Source of the DNA: a bacterium
GTDB lineage: Bacteria > Zhuqueibacterota > Zhuqueibacteria > Residuimicrobiales > Krinioviventaceae
Length of the DNA stretch: 64,000 nucleotides
Reading direction: 5' to 3'
NCBI GenBank assembly: GCA_963693055.1
Contig: OY843751.1
Location: forward strand, 4,896,001 to 4,960,000
Part shown: positions 1 to 9,281 of the stretch, piece by piece
How positions within the stretch are numbered: position 1 is the stretch's first letter
How the letters are laid out: each line of letters opens with the position of its first letter
Notes under the pieces: model-generated
The model's database searches: none
Told to the model about the DNA's origin: nothing
The model's input: the letters and a program-made list of their open reading frames with translations, nothing else
Position numbers and translations under genes: made by a program

Positions 1-825
1 TAGAAATACATAATCCATTTCAAGTTTTTGAAAGAGCTTGCGATGGATCTCCAGATTGATCTTTTGTCCATCATACCGGTTATAATTCAACAGGCCTACG
101 TATTGCTTTAAAATACCGCCCATATTGATTGTCATTTTAGGATTCGCCCAAATTCCCAGACGTACATCCACATCAGAATAACTGGAATTACCTGTACGAT
201 AGGTAACCGTAGAACGCGGCGGTAATGCGGCAATATCCAGAGGAGACACCTGTAATGTTTGTCCCAGATCCGTATAGCCCTGGTCCCGCTGCGCGTGACT
301 CGTAACATGTTCGACTGATCCTACACCTTCCACAGGTACCCAGTTCATATCAGCAAGGCCTGTGTACGGATCGTTCAAATTCAGAAACCCATACATGAGA
401 TCAAACTCGCCCGGTATTCCGGCAAACATGGCCCCTCTTGAGTGATTTCCAACATTTCCCAGATCGGCATTATAGGTTCCGGGCATCCAGTCGAACACAT
501 CCCCAAAAGAGCCATAATCCAGCCCACGGTACAACAGGGTATCAGCAACATGTGCCCGCACAACCGGAATATCTACCGGCAATTGACTGCTGTCAATTTC
601 AACGGGTTTGTGCACGGCCATTGTATCCTGGCGGCTGCTATCCGGAATTACACCATCTCCAAGCAATGTATCGGCTGCTACAGAATCAGGAAGCACATCG
701 ATAGACGCTCCTGCCTCTAATAAAGTATCCGGCATAACACTAACCGTTGAATCCTGTTCTACGGCAAACAACTGACAGGCATAGGCCAGTGATATTAAAA
801 AATATATGTATGTAATTTTCTTCAT
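1..825 (-). CDS. TonB-dependent receptor/outer-membrane barrel-like protein, N-terminal part (runs off window)
   Basis: Not in the ORF track. ATG at 825 overlaps the upstream stop (ATGA) and the frame is open to position 1: signal peptide MKKITYIYFLISLAYACQLFA, plug-like motif LNDPYTGLADMNWVPVEGVGSVE, then alternating beta-strand pattern. Confidence 0.6.
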   Translation of the reverse strand, partial: MKKITYIYFLISLAYACQLFAVEQDSTVSVMPDTLLEAGASIDVLPDSVAADTLLGDGVIPDSSRQDTMAVHKPVEIDSSQLPVDIPVVRAHVADTLLYRGLDYGSFGDVFDWMPGTYNADLGNVGNHSRGAMFAGIPGEFDLMYGFLNLNDPYTGLADMNWVPVEGVGSVEHVTSHAQRDQGYTDLGQTLQVSPLDIAALPPRSTVTYRTGNSSYSDVDVRLGIWANPKMTINMGGILKQYVGLLNYNRYDGQKINLEIHRKLFQKLEMDYVFL

Positions 826-1379
826 TTTTTATCAACTATTTGTAAATAATCCGGTAAATGCGGAACCAGCCGCGAAATGATTACCGGAACAACAATTATA
901 AACAAAAGGGTATTCACTCCAATATGAGTCAGGTAAAACAGCATACCGGTTGAAAACACAGCAATGATTTTATCCAAAGACAATTCAAACGTAACAATAA
1001 TAAAACTCATGGTCGTCAAAACATCGTAAAACAAAGTCAGTACAAATCCCGCTGCACCGGAAAAGAGAACACATTTCCAATCACAGGAAATAATTTTTCT
1101 TCGCAGTACACCACCACTCCAACCGATCAATCCAAAACAAAAGACCTGCGCCAGCAATAGCGGCAATATTGGCATTCCATAAGGATTAAATACCGAATAC
1201 AGGGTTTCTGCTGTCAAGCCTATACATAATCCCAGCAATGGACCGGTCAACACTCCGGAAATAAATACCGTAGCGGTGATCATTTCCACATTCGGGATGT
1301 ACAAAAACAAATATCCGATTGCTACCGACAGTGCAGCCAGAATAGAAGCTAGTATTATTTTTTTTGAAGAAGGGGCCAT
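822..1379 (-). CDS. ECF transporter S component (possibly cobalamin/CbrT-like)
   Basis: About 185 aa, highly hydrophobic; ALSVAIGYLFLYIPNVEMITATVFISG and FNPYG motifs; start refined to MAPSSKK. Confidence 0.7.
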   Translation of the reverse strand: MAPSSKKIILASILAALSVAIGYLFLYIPNVEMITATVFISGVLTGPLLGLCIGLTAETLYSVFNPYGMPILPLLLAQVFCFGLIGWSGGVLRRKIISCDWKCVLFSGAAGFVLTLFYDVLTTMSFIIVTFELSLDKIIAVFSTGMLFYLTHIGVNTLLFIIVVPVIISRLVPHLPDYLQIVDKK

Positions 1380-1458
1380 TTCGTTACCAGATATGTGAAA
1401 CTGGAATTTAGGAAAAGTTGAGGGGATTTCCAAGGTCTTTCACAGGCTATATACCTGT

Positions 1459-2481
1459 TTATAAACCAATTCCATCAATTTCCGTACTACATTTGGGACA
1501 TTTTCCGGCATTTAGCCGGTTCTCAATAATTGTAAAACCCCAACGCTCAATCAAAAGTTCCCCGCAATGACAACAGTAGGTATTTTCCCCAACATCTCCG
1601 GCTACATTACCGCTATAGACATATCTCAAACCTTCACTCAAGCCAATTTCCCGTGCCCGCCTCATAATGGACAATGGTGTTATGGGCAGATCCCTGAGCA
1701 AATACTGAGGATGAAATCGGCTAATGTGCCAGGGCGTTTCCGGTCCCAGCTCGTCTCTGATAAATCGTGCTATCTCTATTATAGATTCTTCGTTATCTAC
1801 GAATGTAGGCACAATCAGGGTGGTCACTTCAACCCATACACCCAGTTTTTTTAAAAGCTTGAGTGTGTTCAATACATGTTTCAACTCGCCACCAACAACA
1901 CTTTTGTAAAAATCAGGGTCCCATCCCTTGAGATCAATATTGGCGGCAGTCAAAAAAGGCGCAATCTTTTCAAGAGGTGCTTTATTTATATAACCATTCG
2001 ATATCCAGACAGTGCCCATTCCCTTTTCAACAGCTAGGCTGGCAATTTCAAAAGCATATTCATAATAAATTGTTGGCTCGGTATAGGTAAAAGCGATGGT
2101 TTTACACAAATGCCGTTTTGCTGTATCCACTACCTCTTTTGCAGAATAATCCTGTCCCACAATCAATTCATCCCGCTGACTGGGCATCTGTGAGATATCA
2201 CAATTCTGGCAAAATTTGCATTTAAAATTACACCCCACAGTTGCAACAGAAAATGAGGATGAACCCGGCTTTACATGAAACAGGGGTTTTTTCTCAATGG
2301 GATCTATATGTGTTGCTACGGCTTTTTCATAAACAAGAGAGTATAATACCCCTCGCTTGTTCATGCGAACACCGCATATACCAATTTCCCCATCACTCAG
2401 TTTGCAATGATGGGGACATAGCATACATTGTAACTGTCCCTCTGTTTCCCAAAAAAAATCAGCTTTTTTCAATGGATTCAC
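1459..2481 (-). CDS. amrS: AmmeMemoRadiSam system radical SAM enzyme
   Basis: CMLCPHHC...GICGVR, DPIEKKPLFH, GCNFKCKFCQN (CxxxCxxC), FTYTEPTI, YVYSGNV, C-terminal Cys pairs. Confidence 0.9.
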   Translation of the reverse strand: MNPLKKADFFWETEGQLQCMLCPHHCKLSDGEIGICGVRMNKRGVLYSLVYEKAVATHIDPIEKKPLFHVKPGSSSFSVATVGCNFKCKFCQNCDISQMPSQRDELIVGQDYSAKEVVDTAKRHLCKTIAFTYTEPTIYYEYAFEIASLAVEKGMGTVWISNGYINKAPLEKIAPFLTAANIDLKGWDPDFYKSVVGGELKHVLNTLKLLKKLGVWVEVTTLIVPTFVDNEESIIEIARFIRDELGPETPWHISRFHPQYLLRDLPITPLSIMRRAREIGLSEGLRYVYSGNVAGDVGENTYCCHCGELLIERWGFTIIENRLNAGKCPKCSTEIDGIGL

Positions 2482-2483
2482 CT

Positions 2484-3425
2484 CTAGTCGATTGGAAACA
2501 GGGCTTCCATTTCAGCAATATCCTCGGCATCCAGTTCAACAGCTGCAGCGGCAATATTGGCTTCAACCTGATCTACTCTTCTGGCACCCACAATGGCAGA
2601 TGTAACAGCAGGATGCTTTAATACCCAGGCTACTGCCAGCTGTCCTATATTCACACCATGTTTCTCTGCAATGGGACGTAATTTTTCAACTCTCTCCAGG
2701 TTTTCTGAAAGCTTGGGCTCATTGTATTCAGGATTCCGCAACCGCCAGTCATCGTGCGCAAGCCTTGTTATATCAAACTTGCCGGTGAGCAATCCGGAAA
2801 ACATGGGACTGTAAGCAACAACACCAATACCATTTTCCTGGCAATAAGGTAATATCTCATTTTCGATACGCCTGCGGAACAGACTGTATGGCGGCTGTAA
2901 CGAATCCACATGCCCTATATCCATACAGCTCTGCATCAGTTCTACTTTAAAATTAGACACACCCACCCAGCGAATTTTGCCCTCTTTTTTGAGGTTAAGC
3001 ACTTCCTGCCAGGATTCTTCAACAGGTGTGTGATTGTCCGGCCAGTGAAATTGCATTAAATCAATCACATCGATATCCAGACGGGTCAGACTGTCTTCAA
3101 CCTCTTTACGGATGCTCTCTGGTTTTAAATTGTTACGAACCTTGTTGTTTTCATCCCAAACCAGACCACACTTGGTAGCAATGATTAAATCATCACGTTT
3201 TCCCTGGATCGCTTGCCCTACAAGCTCTTCCGCGACACCCAACCCATAAGCCGGCGCGGTATCGATCCAATTGATGCCCAAATCAATTGCGCGTTCAATT
3301 GTACGGATCGATTCTTTTTCATCAGACGGGCCCCAACCAAAGGTCCAGGATCCGCCAATAGCCCAGGTACCCAGCCCAACAAGTGAGAGTTCCGGTCCGT
3401 TTTTACCCAGTTTACGTGTTTTCAT
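2484..3425 (-). CDS. Aldo/keto reductase
   Basis: GLGTWAIGG, IDTAPAYG, IATKCG, GKIRWVGVSNF, LQPPYSL, AYSPM. Confidence 0.92.
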   Translation of the reverse strand: MKTRKLGKNGPELSLVGLGTWAIGGSWTFGWGPSDEKESIRTIERAIDLGINWIDTAPAYGLGVAEELVGQAIQGKRDDLIIATKCGLVWDENNKVRNNLKPESIRKEVEDSLTRLDIDVIDLMQFHWPDNHTPVEESWQEVLNLKKEGKIRWVGVSNFKVELMQSCMDIGHVDSLQPPYSLFRRRIENEILPYCQENGIGVVAYSPMFSGLLTGKFDITRLAHDDWRLRNPEYNEPKLSENLERVEKLRPIAEKHGVNIGQLAVAWVLKHPAVTSAIVGARRVDQVEANIAAAAVELDAEDIAEMEALFPID

Positions 3426-3437
3426 AATACCTCTTTA

Positions 3438-4064
3438 TTATATAGTTAACCCGGCTGACATCATCAATGAAAAAAGTAAAAGCAATGGGATGGACAGAAT
3501 TACCTGTAAAATCAAAAAAGCCCCAACACTTTTCAAAAAAGTAAATTTATTGATTTGAGCCAAACCGGAAAACAAAATATACAAATGAAATACAATAACA
3601 ATTACATCCACAAGCTGAATGATCCCCCACAAACCCTGCAACAAAGTACTGGATTGAATAATGGGTTGTTCAACCTGAAACAACTCGTCCCGGAACAAGA
3701 TATATTTAATGCCCCATAAAGGCATTGTATATACCAGGGGGGCCCAGGCCCAGGCCATAACCGTTCTTACGTGACCGAGTGGTGCAGGGCCACCCATCCT
3801 TGTGGTTATTTTTTGCAGCACCCAGCCGCCAACATATACTGTAAAAAGACCTCCCAAAGGGCCCATTAGAATACTTGAAACAATCAAATTACTTGTTTTC
3901 ATTGAGGGCAGCATTACAGTCACACCGTTTGCATTATCAAGGGCTTGAGCAATACCACCCAGAACAATCAACATTAACATTTGATAGCGGGGATTTTCAT
4001 CAACAATTCGTTGTATGGTTTCGCGTGGATTTCTCCAGATTGTAGACCAGGGGCTCGGTTCCAT
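3438..4064 (-). CDS. Yip1-family membrane protein
   Basis: PWSTIWRNPRETIQRI N-terminus followed by about five TM segments. Confidence 0.7.
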   Translation of the reverse strand: MEPSPWSTIWRNPRETIQRIVDENPRYQMLMLIVLGGIAQALDNANGVTVMLPSMKTSNLIVSSILMGPLGGLFTVYVGGWVLQKITTRMGGPAPLGHVRTVMAWAWAPLVYTMPLWGIKYILFRDELFQVEQPIIQSSTLLQGLWGIIQLVDVIVIVFHLYILFSGLAQINKFTFLKSVGAFLILQVILSIPLLLLFSLMMSAGLTI

Positions 4065-4067
4065 GTC

Positions 4068-4646
4068 TTACTGTTCCGTTCTATTAGTTGTATTTCCAAA
4101 CATTTCTATTACCTTCTTTTCAAATCGATAAAATATTGAATCGTCTTCTAAAAGACGTTTATCTATTCCATTCCAAACACCCTGAACCATGGACTGATAA
4201 TACCATTTTTGTTTATCATATCCTTCATGAAAGCGGTCCCATAATTTGTCTCCGATATGCTTATAATCATTCAGCATGGATGAAATATTATGTAATTTGT
4301 CCGCACAGGTCACATATTTCACCGGCATGGGAGCATGATAGATCGCATCAATTGTATGCTGCTTCCTGGCCTGCCACGATGCTTTACGGTCAGGCTCTGA
4401 ACATGCCTGAACTATATCGGCAATCTCTTGCCCAAACTCTTTTACCAGGGTATCAAAAGTCACATGCGTATCTTCAAGCGTGTCATGCAGCAGACCCGCA
4501 ATGACAATCTTGTCGCTACATCCTTCTTTTAACAGTAGCATACTGACCGCAAACGGATGCACAATATAAGGCACATCGCTCTTTTTTCTATACTGTCCGT
4601 CATGTGCAGTAGTAGCAAATATAATGGCGTTTTCCAGACTTTTCAT
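4068..4646 (-). CDS. Stand-alone HD-domain protein, RelA/SpoT hydrolase-like (small alarmone hydrolase/Mesh1-like)
   Basis: AHDGQYRK...PYIVHP, GLLHDTLEDT, CADKLHN motifs. Confidence 0.85.
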   Translation of the reverse strand: MKSLENAIIFATTAHDGQYRKKSDVPYIVHPFAVSMLLLKEGCSDKIVIAGLLHDTLEDTHVTFDTLVKEFGQEIADIVQACSEPDRKASWQARKQHTIDAIYHAPMPVKYVTCADKLHNISSMLNDYKHIGDKLWDRFHEGYDKQKWYYQSMVQGVWNGIDKRLLEDDSIFYRFEKKVIEMFGNTTNRTEQ

Positions 4647-4657
4647 ATATGAATCGC

Positions 4658-6418
4658 TTATTCGTTTGATTTTGTACTACGAAACGCAGCCAGTACATCG
4701 TTTTGACTGATTATCCCCAACAGCATGGATGAATTTTCATCATCAATGATGGGTAAATATGTAACATCGCTGTTTTGCTTGAAAATTTCCAAAACTTCGC
4801 CTAATGTCTGGTCCGGGTAAAGCGCCAAAGGTTCGGGCTTTACAAGGTCACGCGCCACAATAAACTTTGCAATGCTTTCATCAAACAAGATATCGCGAAT
4901 ATCCTGATAATCTACAACACCAATAAATTTCTCATTACGATTAATAATAGGAAACCGGTCATATTTACTGTGAGAGATCTGACGCAATATTTCATTAAAA
5001 GGTGTATCTTCGTACAAGGTTTCAACATTTTTGCGCATTACATGTTTTACATATATATCGGCAGCACTTTTGAGATTATGTCCTTTGGGTACACCAATAG
5101 AGGTTCTGAACTGGTCAATAACATGATGCAGGCCTTCATAGGTACCTTCTTTGGCTTTTTTTGAAAGCAGGGTCAACAAGGGCACCTCTCCTGCATGTAC
5201 AAGGGCCTGACGAACTGTAATGGGTCCGGCAAGTTCAAAAAACACCACGGAACCCAGAATAACGGTCTGAATGATCTCTCCGCCTTCTGGCCACTGACGG
5301 GCAAGAGATTGCGACAATCCAATAGCAACACCCGCCTGGGCAATCATTGCATATCCCAGCCAGCGCCGCTCAATGTATCCAAAATCTCCCCATTTGGCGC
5401 CCATCCAGTTTCCCAACACTTTACCGGCGGTGCGCATAATGATATATGCAATACCCAGCAAACCAATGTCTTTCATCACTTCTATATGCAGACTTGCACC
5501 TGCAATTACAAAGAAAAAGACATACAGGGGATAATCGACACTTTTTAACGCTTCAAATAAATTCCGTTCTTTGGGAGAGGCATTTACTATGGTTAATCCC
5601 GTAACAAAACAAGACAAAAAGATATCCAGTCCCCACATCCATGACAATCCAATATTCGCAACAATACCGCCAATAAGCAGCATCAGGTATTCTGTACGAC
5701 TCTCAACATTCTGCGCCCATACACTAATGAGCACACCGGTAAGGAAGCCCAAAACGATGGGGCCAAACATGGCAAGCAAAAACAATGTTACAGAGCCACT
5801 GCTGTTGAGAAGTAAGAATGTAATGATGTTAAAGATCAAAATTGAAAACAGATTATTTAATCCGATCAGTGAAAGCGCAAGGTCCGTTACCGGGCCTTCG
5901 GAATCATATTCACGGATCACCATTAATGACGCTGCGGGTGCGGTTGCAATTGCTATAATACCGGTAAATATGGCCAAATAAATTGAAGATCCCAATAAAC
6001 CTAATGACGCGCCCAAAACAGTCTTGTTGAGCAGCATATTAAACACAAATATGGTGATGGAAACCAGGATAAAAGTAGCTGCCATTTCTGATAAAGATAG
6101 CCGGGCCATACGTTTGCCCCAGCGTCTGAGGGATTGGAACTTGAACTGACTTCCAATGGTCAGCATAATAAAAGCCAGCGCAACATCAGAGATTATTTTT
6201 ACAAATTCCAACACTTCATGGCTGATCAGCTCGGGGTAACCCAGCATATGCGCCATCGACGGGCCTGCTGCCAGGCCTACCAGTAAATAACCGGTAACCC
6301 GGGGAACACGTAAACGTGCGGCAACACGACCAAAAATCAACGCTGCCAGAAAGCAAATACCGGTAGAAAACAAAGTATGGTTAATGTGCAGGTCCAATTC
6401 AAATTCCGAAATAGTCAA
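4658..6418 (-). CDS. Cation:proton antiporter (CPA2/Kef-like) with C-terminal CBS pair
   Basis: LRVPRVTGYLLVG, ATAPAA, FFVIAGASL, AQAGVAIGL, followed by CBS motifs (VKHVM...FPIIN; LLGIISQNDVL). Confidence 0.85.
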   Translation of the reverse strand: MTISEFELDLHINHTLFSTGICFLAALIFGRVAARLRVPRVTGYLLVGLAAGPSMAHMLGYPELISHEVLEFVKIISDVALAFIMLTIGSQFKFQSLRRWGKRMARLSLSEMAATFILVSITIFVFNMLLNKTVLGASLGLLGSSIYLAIFTGIIAIATAPAASLMVIREYDSEGPVTDLALSLIGLNNLFSILIFNIITFLLLNSSGSVTLFLLAMFGPIVLGFLTGVLISVWAQNVESRTEYLMLLIGGIVANIGLSWMWGLDIFLSCFVTGLTIVNASPKERNLFEALKSVDYPLYVFFFVIAGASLHIEVMKDIGLLGIAYIIMRTAGKVLGNWMGAKWGDFGYIERRWLGYAMIAQAGVAIGLSQSLARQWPEGGEIIQTVILGSVVFFELAGPITVRQALVHAGEVPLLTLLSKKAKEGTYEGLHHVIDQFRTSIGVPKGHNLKSAADIYVKHVMRKNVETLYEDTPFNEILRQISHSKYDRFPIINRNEKFIGVVDYQDIRDILFDESIAKFIVARDLVKPEPLALYPDQTLGEVLEIFKQNSDVTYLPIIDDENSSMLLGIISQNDVLAAFRSTKSNE

Positions 6419-6639
6419 TGATCTGTTTGTTAAACATAGACATTCCCGACTAAATAATCAAGATTTATTAAACCGGAACAGGAAATGCGTGGGAAAAGAT
6501 GATGGATGGCAATTGTATATCAAAGCCCTAAAACAAAACGCAAAGAACGCAATATCAGATCGTAATTTTGTAGTAAGGTAAGGGTGAAGTTGAGTTTGAC
6601 AGTGGATTTGGATTTTCACTTAAAAGATTAAATGGATTA

Positions 6640-7533
6640 TTAAAAATTACTATTATTTTTATCAACACATTTTAAAAGCTTCTTACGCCTCATCTCCATC
6701 TTCTTCTTCAATTGCTTAGTCAAAATACTACCGATTAAAGGAATTTTCGATAATCTTTTCCATACAATTGAAGCTGGTAAATCGGTAATAATTGTTGGAT
6801 GACCAGGTGAAATCTTATCAGCTTCTTTAAAATAAAAAATTGATTTTTCAAAATTCATAATTCTAAAATAGTAAATACCTAAATGGAAATTAGTTAAAAA
6901 GTCATCACTTCTTTTTGTTTTGATCTGTAATAAACATTTTATTGCATTTTCATAATCGCCGAGCGAACCCCATATATCCGACTTAATTTGTAACACACGA
7001 ATGTCATCACACAGTTCGTCATAATTCAACAAATTTAATGCATCGCTAAAATTGCCATTATCATAAAAACGTCTAGCTTTTGTTACTATATGGTTCAAAT
7101 TAACTACTTTTGAAACTTTATTGAATATTACAGACGCAACATTTTCAATATTTTCTGTAGAAACTTTCAAATAACTAACGGTTGGCAAAAGTCCAGGTAA
7201 ATCTGATTCATCAATACGCAATGGGATAATGTAATCCGAATCAGGTTCTTCTAATGCTCTTGCTTGTGCTGCTCGCCATTCATGAAGTGTCCATCTCTTT
7301 TCCTTATATGATTGAGAAATCAATATTATACAATAACTAGCCTTATTCATATATATATCGATTAAATATTCAGTTAAATTCTTCCCGAGAAGCTTTGCCT
7401 GCTCATAATCATCATAGAAAACACTTAAACCATGATTGATATAAAGTTTTTTAGCTAATAAGTGTGCTATTTCCCTATCTTCACCTGCAAATGAAATTGC
7501 GATATCATACTCGATCAATATTATTTCCTTCAT
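6640..7533 (-). CDS. TIR-domain (TIR_2) protein with C-terminal TPR repeats
   Basis: YDIAISFAGEDR...VFYDDYEQ...CIILISQSY...WTLHEW (catalytic Glu)...IIPLRIDESDLPGL; TPR-like helices (LGDYENAIKCL, HLGIYYF...EKSIFYFKEADKISP). Confidence 0.85.
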   Translation of the reverse strand: MKEIILIEYDIAISFAGEDREIAHLLAKKLYINHGLSVFYDDYEQAKLLGKNLTEYLIDIYMNKASYCIILISQSYKEKRWTLHEWRAAQARALEEPDSDYIIPLRIDESDLPGLLPTVSYLKVSTENIENVASVIFNKVSKVVNLNHIVTKARRFYDNGNFSDALNLLNYDELCDDIRVLQIKSDIWGSLGDYENAIKCLLQIKTKRSDDFLTNFHLGIYYFRIMNFEKSIFYFKEADKISPGHPTIITDLPASIVWKRLSKIPLIGSILTKQLKKKMEMRRKKLLKCVDKNNSNF

Positions 7534-7586
7534 TGAATTTCACAGCGCTTATCTCAACCAACAAAACCAAAATTTTTAAAAAAAAA

Positions 7587-9281
7587 TTATTTATATCTAT
7601 CCCATGGAATTGCTGTCACTCCATTAAGGAATCTAGATTTGATTTGCCCAAGAATATTAACATCAGACGCAACATGCTGACCAAGATCCGCAAGCTCATG
7701 AATTTCAGCAGGTGAATCGAGACGATAAGTATTAGGCATTGTTATTGTATTAACTCTTAGAAAACGAGGCTCTCCCAACAACAGCTTGGTTTGTTTCAGC
7801 GATGATTCTTGTTGAACATTCATCAACAAGTTGAGTATCTTTTTTTCTCGTAACCAACCAGTTATTCCAGAATCAATTTGGTTTCTAACAGTAAAAGGTT
7901 CGTCAGTTGTTCCAACACTCAAAACATCAATCCTTTCAAGTGGGATTCGAAGAAAACAAACTGATTCAATCACAGCAGCTAAAGCTGGAGAATTCGCCCA
8001 AACTCCTCCATCGAAAAACCTGCTTTCCGTGAGCATATTTGAAATTTTAGCAGCTGTAAAATATGTCGGTGCAGCTGCTGTAGCAAGAGCAATATGGGCA
8101 ACTTCAGTATTTGCATCTAAAGTTAATTCAGGATGATGTGGAGTACGAAAAAGGTGTGAAGCTCCAGCAATGGCATGGTAAGTTGGTATTACCAATCGAC
8201 AACATGAATCTTTCATCCTTTTTTTTACACCACTAAAATAATATGCAGATTCTAATTCTTTCAATAATACTGATTGAGCAAATTTGGGTCTATATAAATG
8301 TTTGGTCTTATGCCTTAGTCTACCCAATAATCGAGTCAAAGGGAAAATAATAGGACCTTTATTTATATAAAAATCAAGAATTTGCTTGGCAGACAATCCA
8401 ATTCCTAAACCAATTGCGAGAATCCCTCCTGTTGAAGTACCAGCGATTAGATCAAAATGATCTGTAATACGTAATCCAGTTTGATTTTCCCAAGTTGCAA
8501 GAGCAGCAGCACTAAATGCCCCCTTTAAACCACCACCATCAAGAGCCAATATTCTAAATGAAACACCTTCTGAGCCACTTCCTCGAACCAAGGGCAATCT
8601 CTCGAGTTGTGAGCAAACCTTTTTAGTTATACTCTCGACATCTGTAAGTATAGAGATTTGACGATTTGTATCAATATCAAAACCATTTTTGAGATAGTTA
8701 AATATATTAGGATTATTTTGAATTAAATCATGTGCAGCTCCACCAAGTCCACCCAGCAAGAAACATGGCAATCCTTTTTCAATCGCATAATTGAGTTCTT
8801 TCGGGATTCCTGCTTTCTCTGCTAATGAAAACCACCATTTACCACCTACAACAACAATAACATCACATCTAGCCACCATCCATTCTCTAAGTAATTCTAA
8901 ACTAACTTCTCGAGCGTTTTCTCCTTTTGCTTCAGGTGTTTCATATACTACAGCATACTTTCTCCATTCAGCAATAGGAACAACTCCTGTATCCTTCGAC
9001 CATAAACGTGAAACTGCAAGAACTAAAGCATCTTTACGTCCACCTTTCTTCTGGTAAGATCTTGACTCTTCTAAAAGAATTGGTGTAAAACTTGGATGAC
9101 TTCCATGAATGATGTGCCCTCCATGCTCAAATACATATCGAGATATAAAACGAACAAAATCCACAATTGTTTTTCTCTCTAAATCAGTAGAGTTCTGCTC
9201 CTCAGGAATAGAACCTGACAACCAGATGCGTGCACCTGATAGAGATTTATAATGATGAACGCCATCTTTTTCATCAGGCAT
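7587..9281 (-). CDS. SLOG-domain + patatin (CapV-like) phospholipase fusion; putative anti-phage effector
   Basis: N-terminal SLOG: IWLSGSIP, HGSHPSFTP, VIVVVGGK...GIPKELNYAIEKGLPCFLLGGLGGAA. C-terminal patatin: LALDGGGLKG, IAGTSTGG (GxSxG), FDGGVWANSP (catalytic Asp). Confidence 0.85.
   Translation of the reverse strand: MPDEKDGVHHYKSLSGARIWLSGSIPEEQNSTDLERKTIVDFVRFISRYVFEHGGHIIHGSHPSFTPILLEESRSYQKKGGRKDALVLAVSRLWSKDTGVVPIAEWRKYAVVYETPEAKGENAREVSLELLREWMVARCDVIVVVGGKWWFSLAEKAGIPKELNYAIEKGLPCFLLGGLGGAAHDLIQNNPNIFNYLKNGFDIDTNRQISILTDVESITKKVCSQLERLPLVRGSGSEGVSFRILALDGGGLKGAFSAAALATWENQTGLRITDHFDLIAGTSTGGILAIGLGIGLSAKQILDFYINKGPIIFPLTRLLGRLRHKTKHLYRPKFAQSVLLKELESAYYFSGVKKRMKDSCCRLVIPTYHAIAGASHLFRTPHHPELTLDANTEVAHIALATAAAPTYFTAAKISNMLTESRFFDGGVWANSPALAAVIESVCFLRIPLERIDVLSVGTTDEPFTVRNQIDSGITGWLREKKILNLLMNVQQESSLKQTKLLLGEPRFLRVNTITMPNTYRLDSPAEIHELADLGQHVASDVNILGQIKSRFLNGVTAIPWDRYK

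Noticed and set aside
381-720. Short ORFs listed in the track
   Set aside because: They are shadows of the longer minus-strand ORF 825 to <1; the same applies to the many antisense or nested ORFs over well-supported genes throughout the window.
1380-1460. Cobalamin riboswitch upstream of the ECF S gene
   Set aside because: The gap is only about 80 nt and I could not identify the conserved core.
7587-9281. CBASS system (CapV-like phospholipase)
   Set aside because: No CD-NTase, Cap2 or Cap3 gene is present; the neighbours are TIR proteins and the patatin is fused to SLOG.
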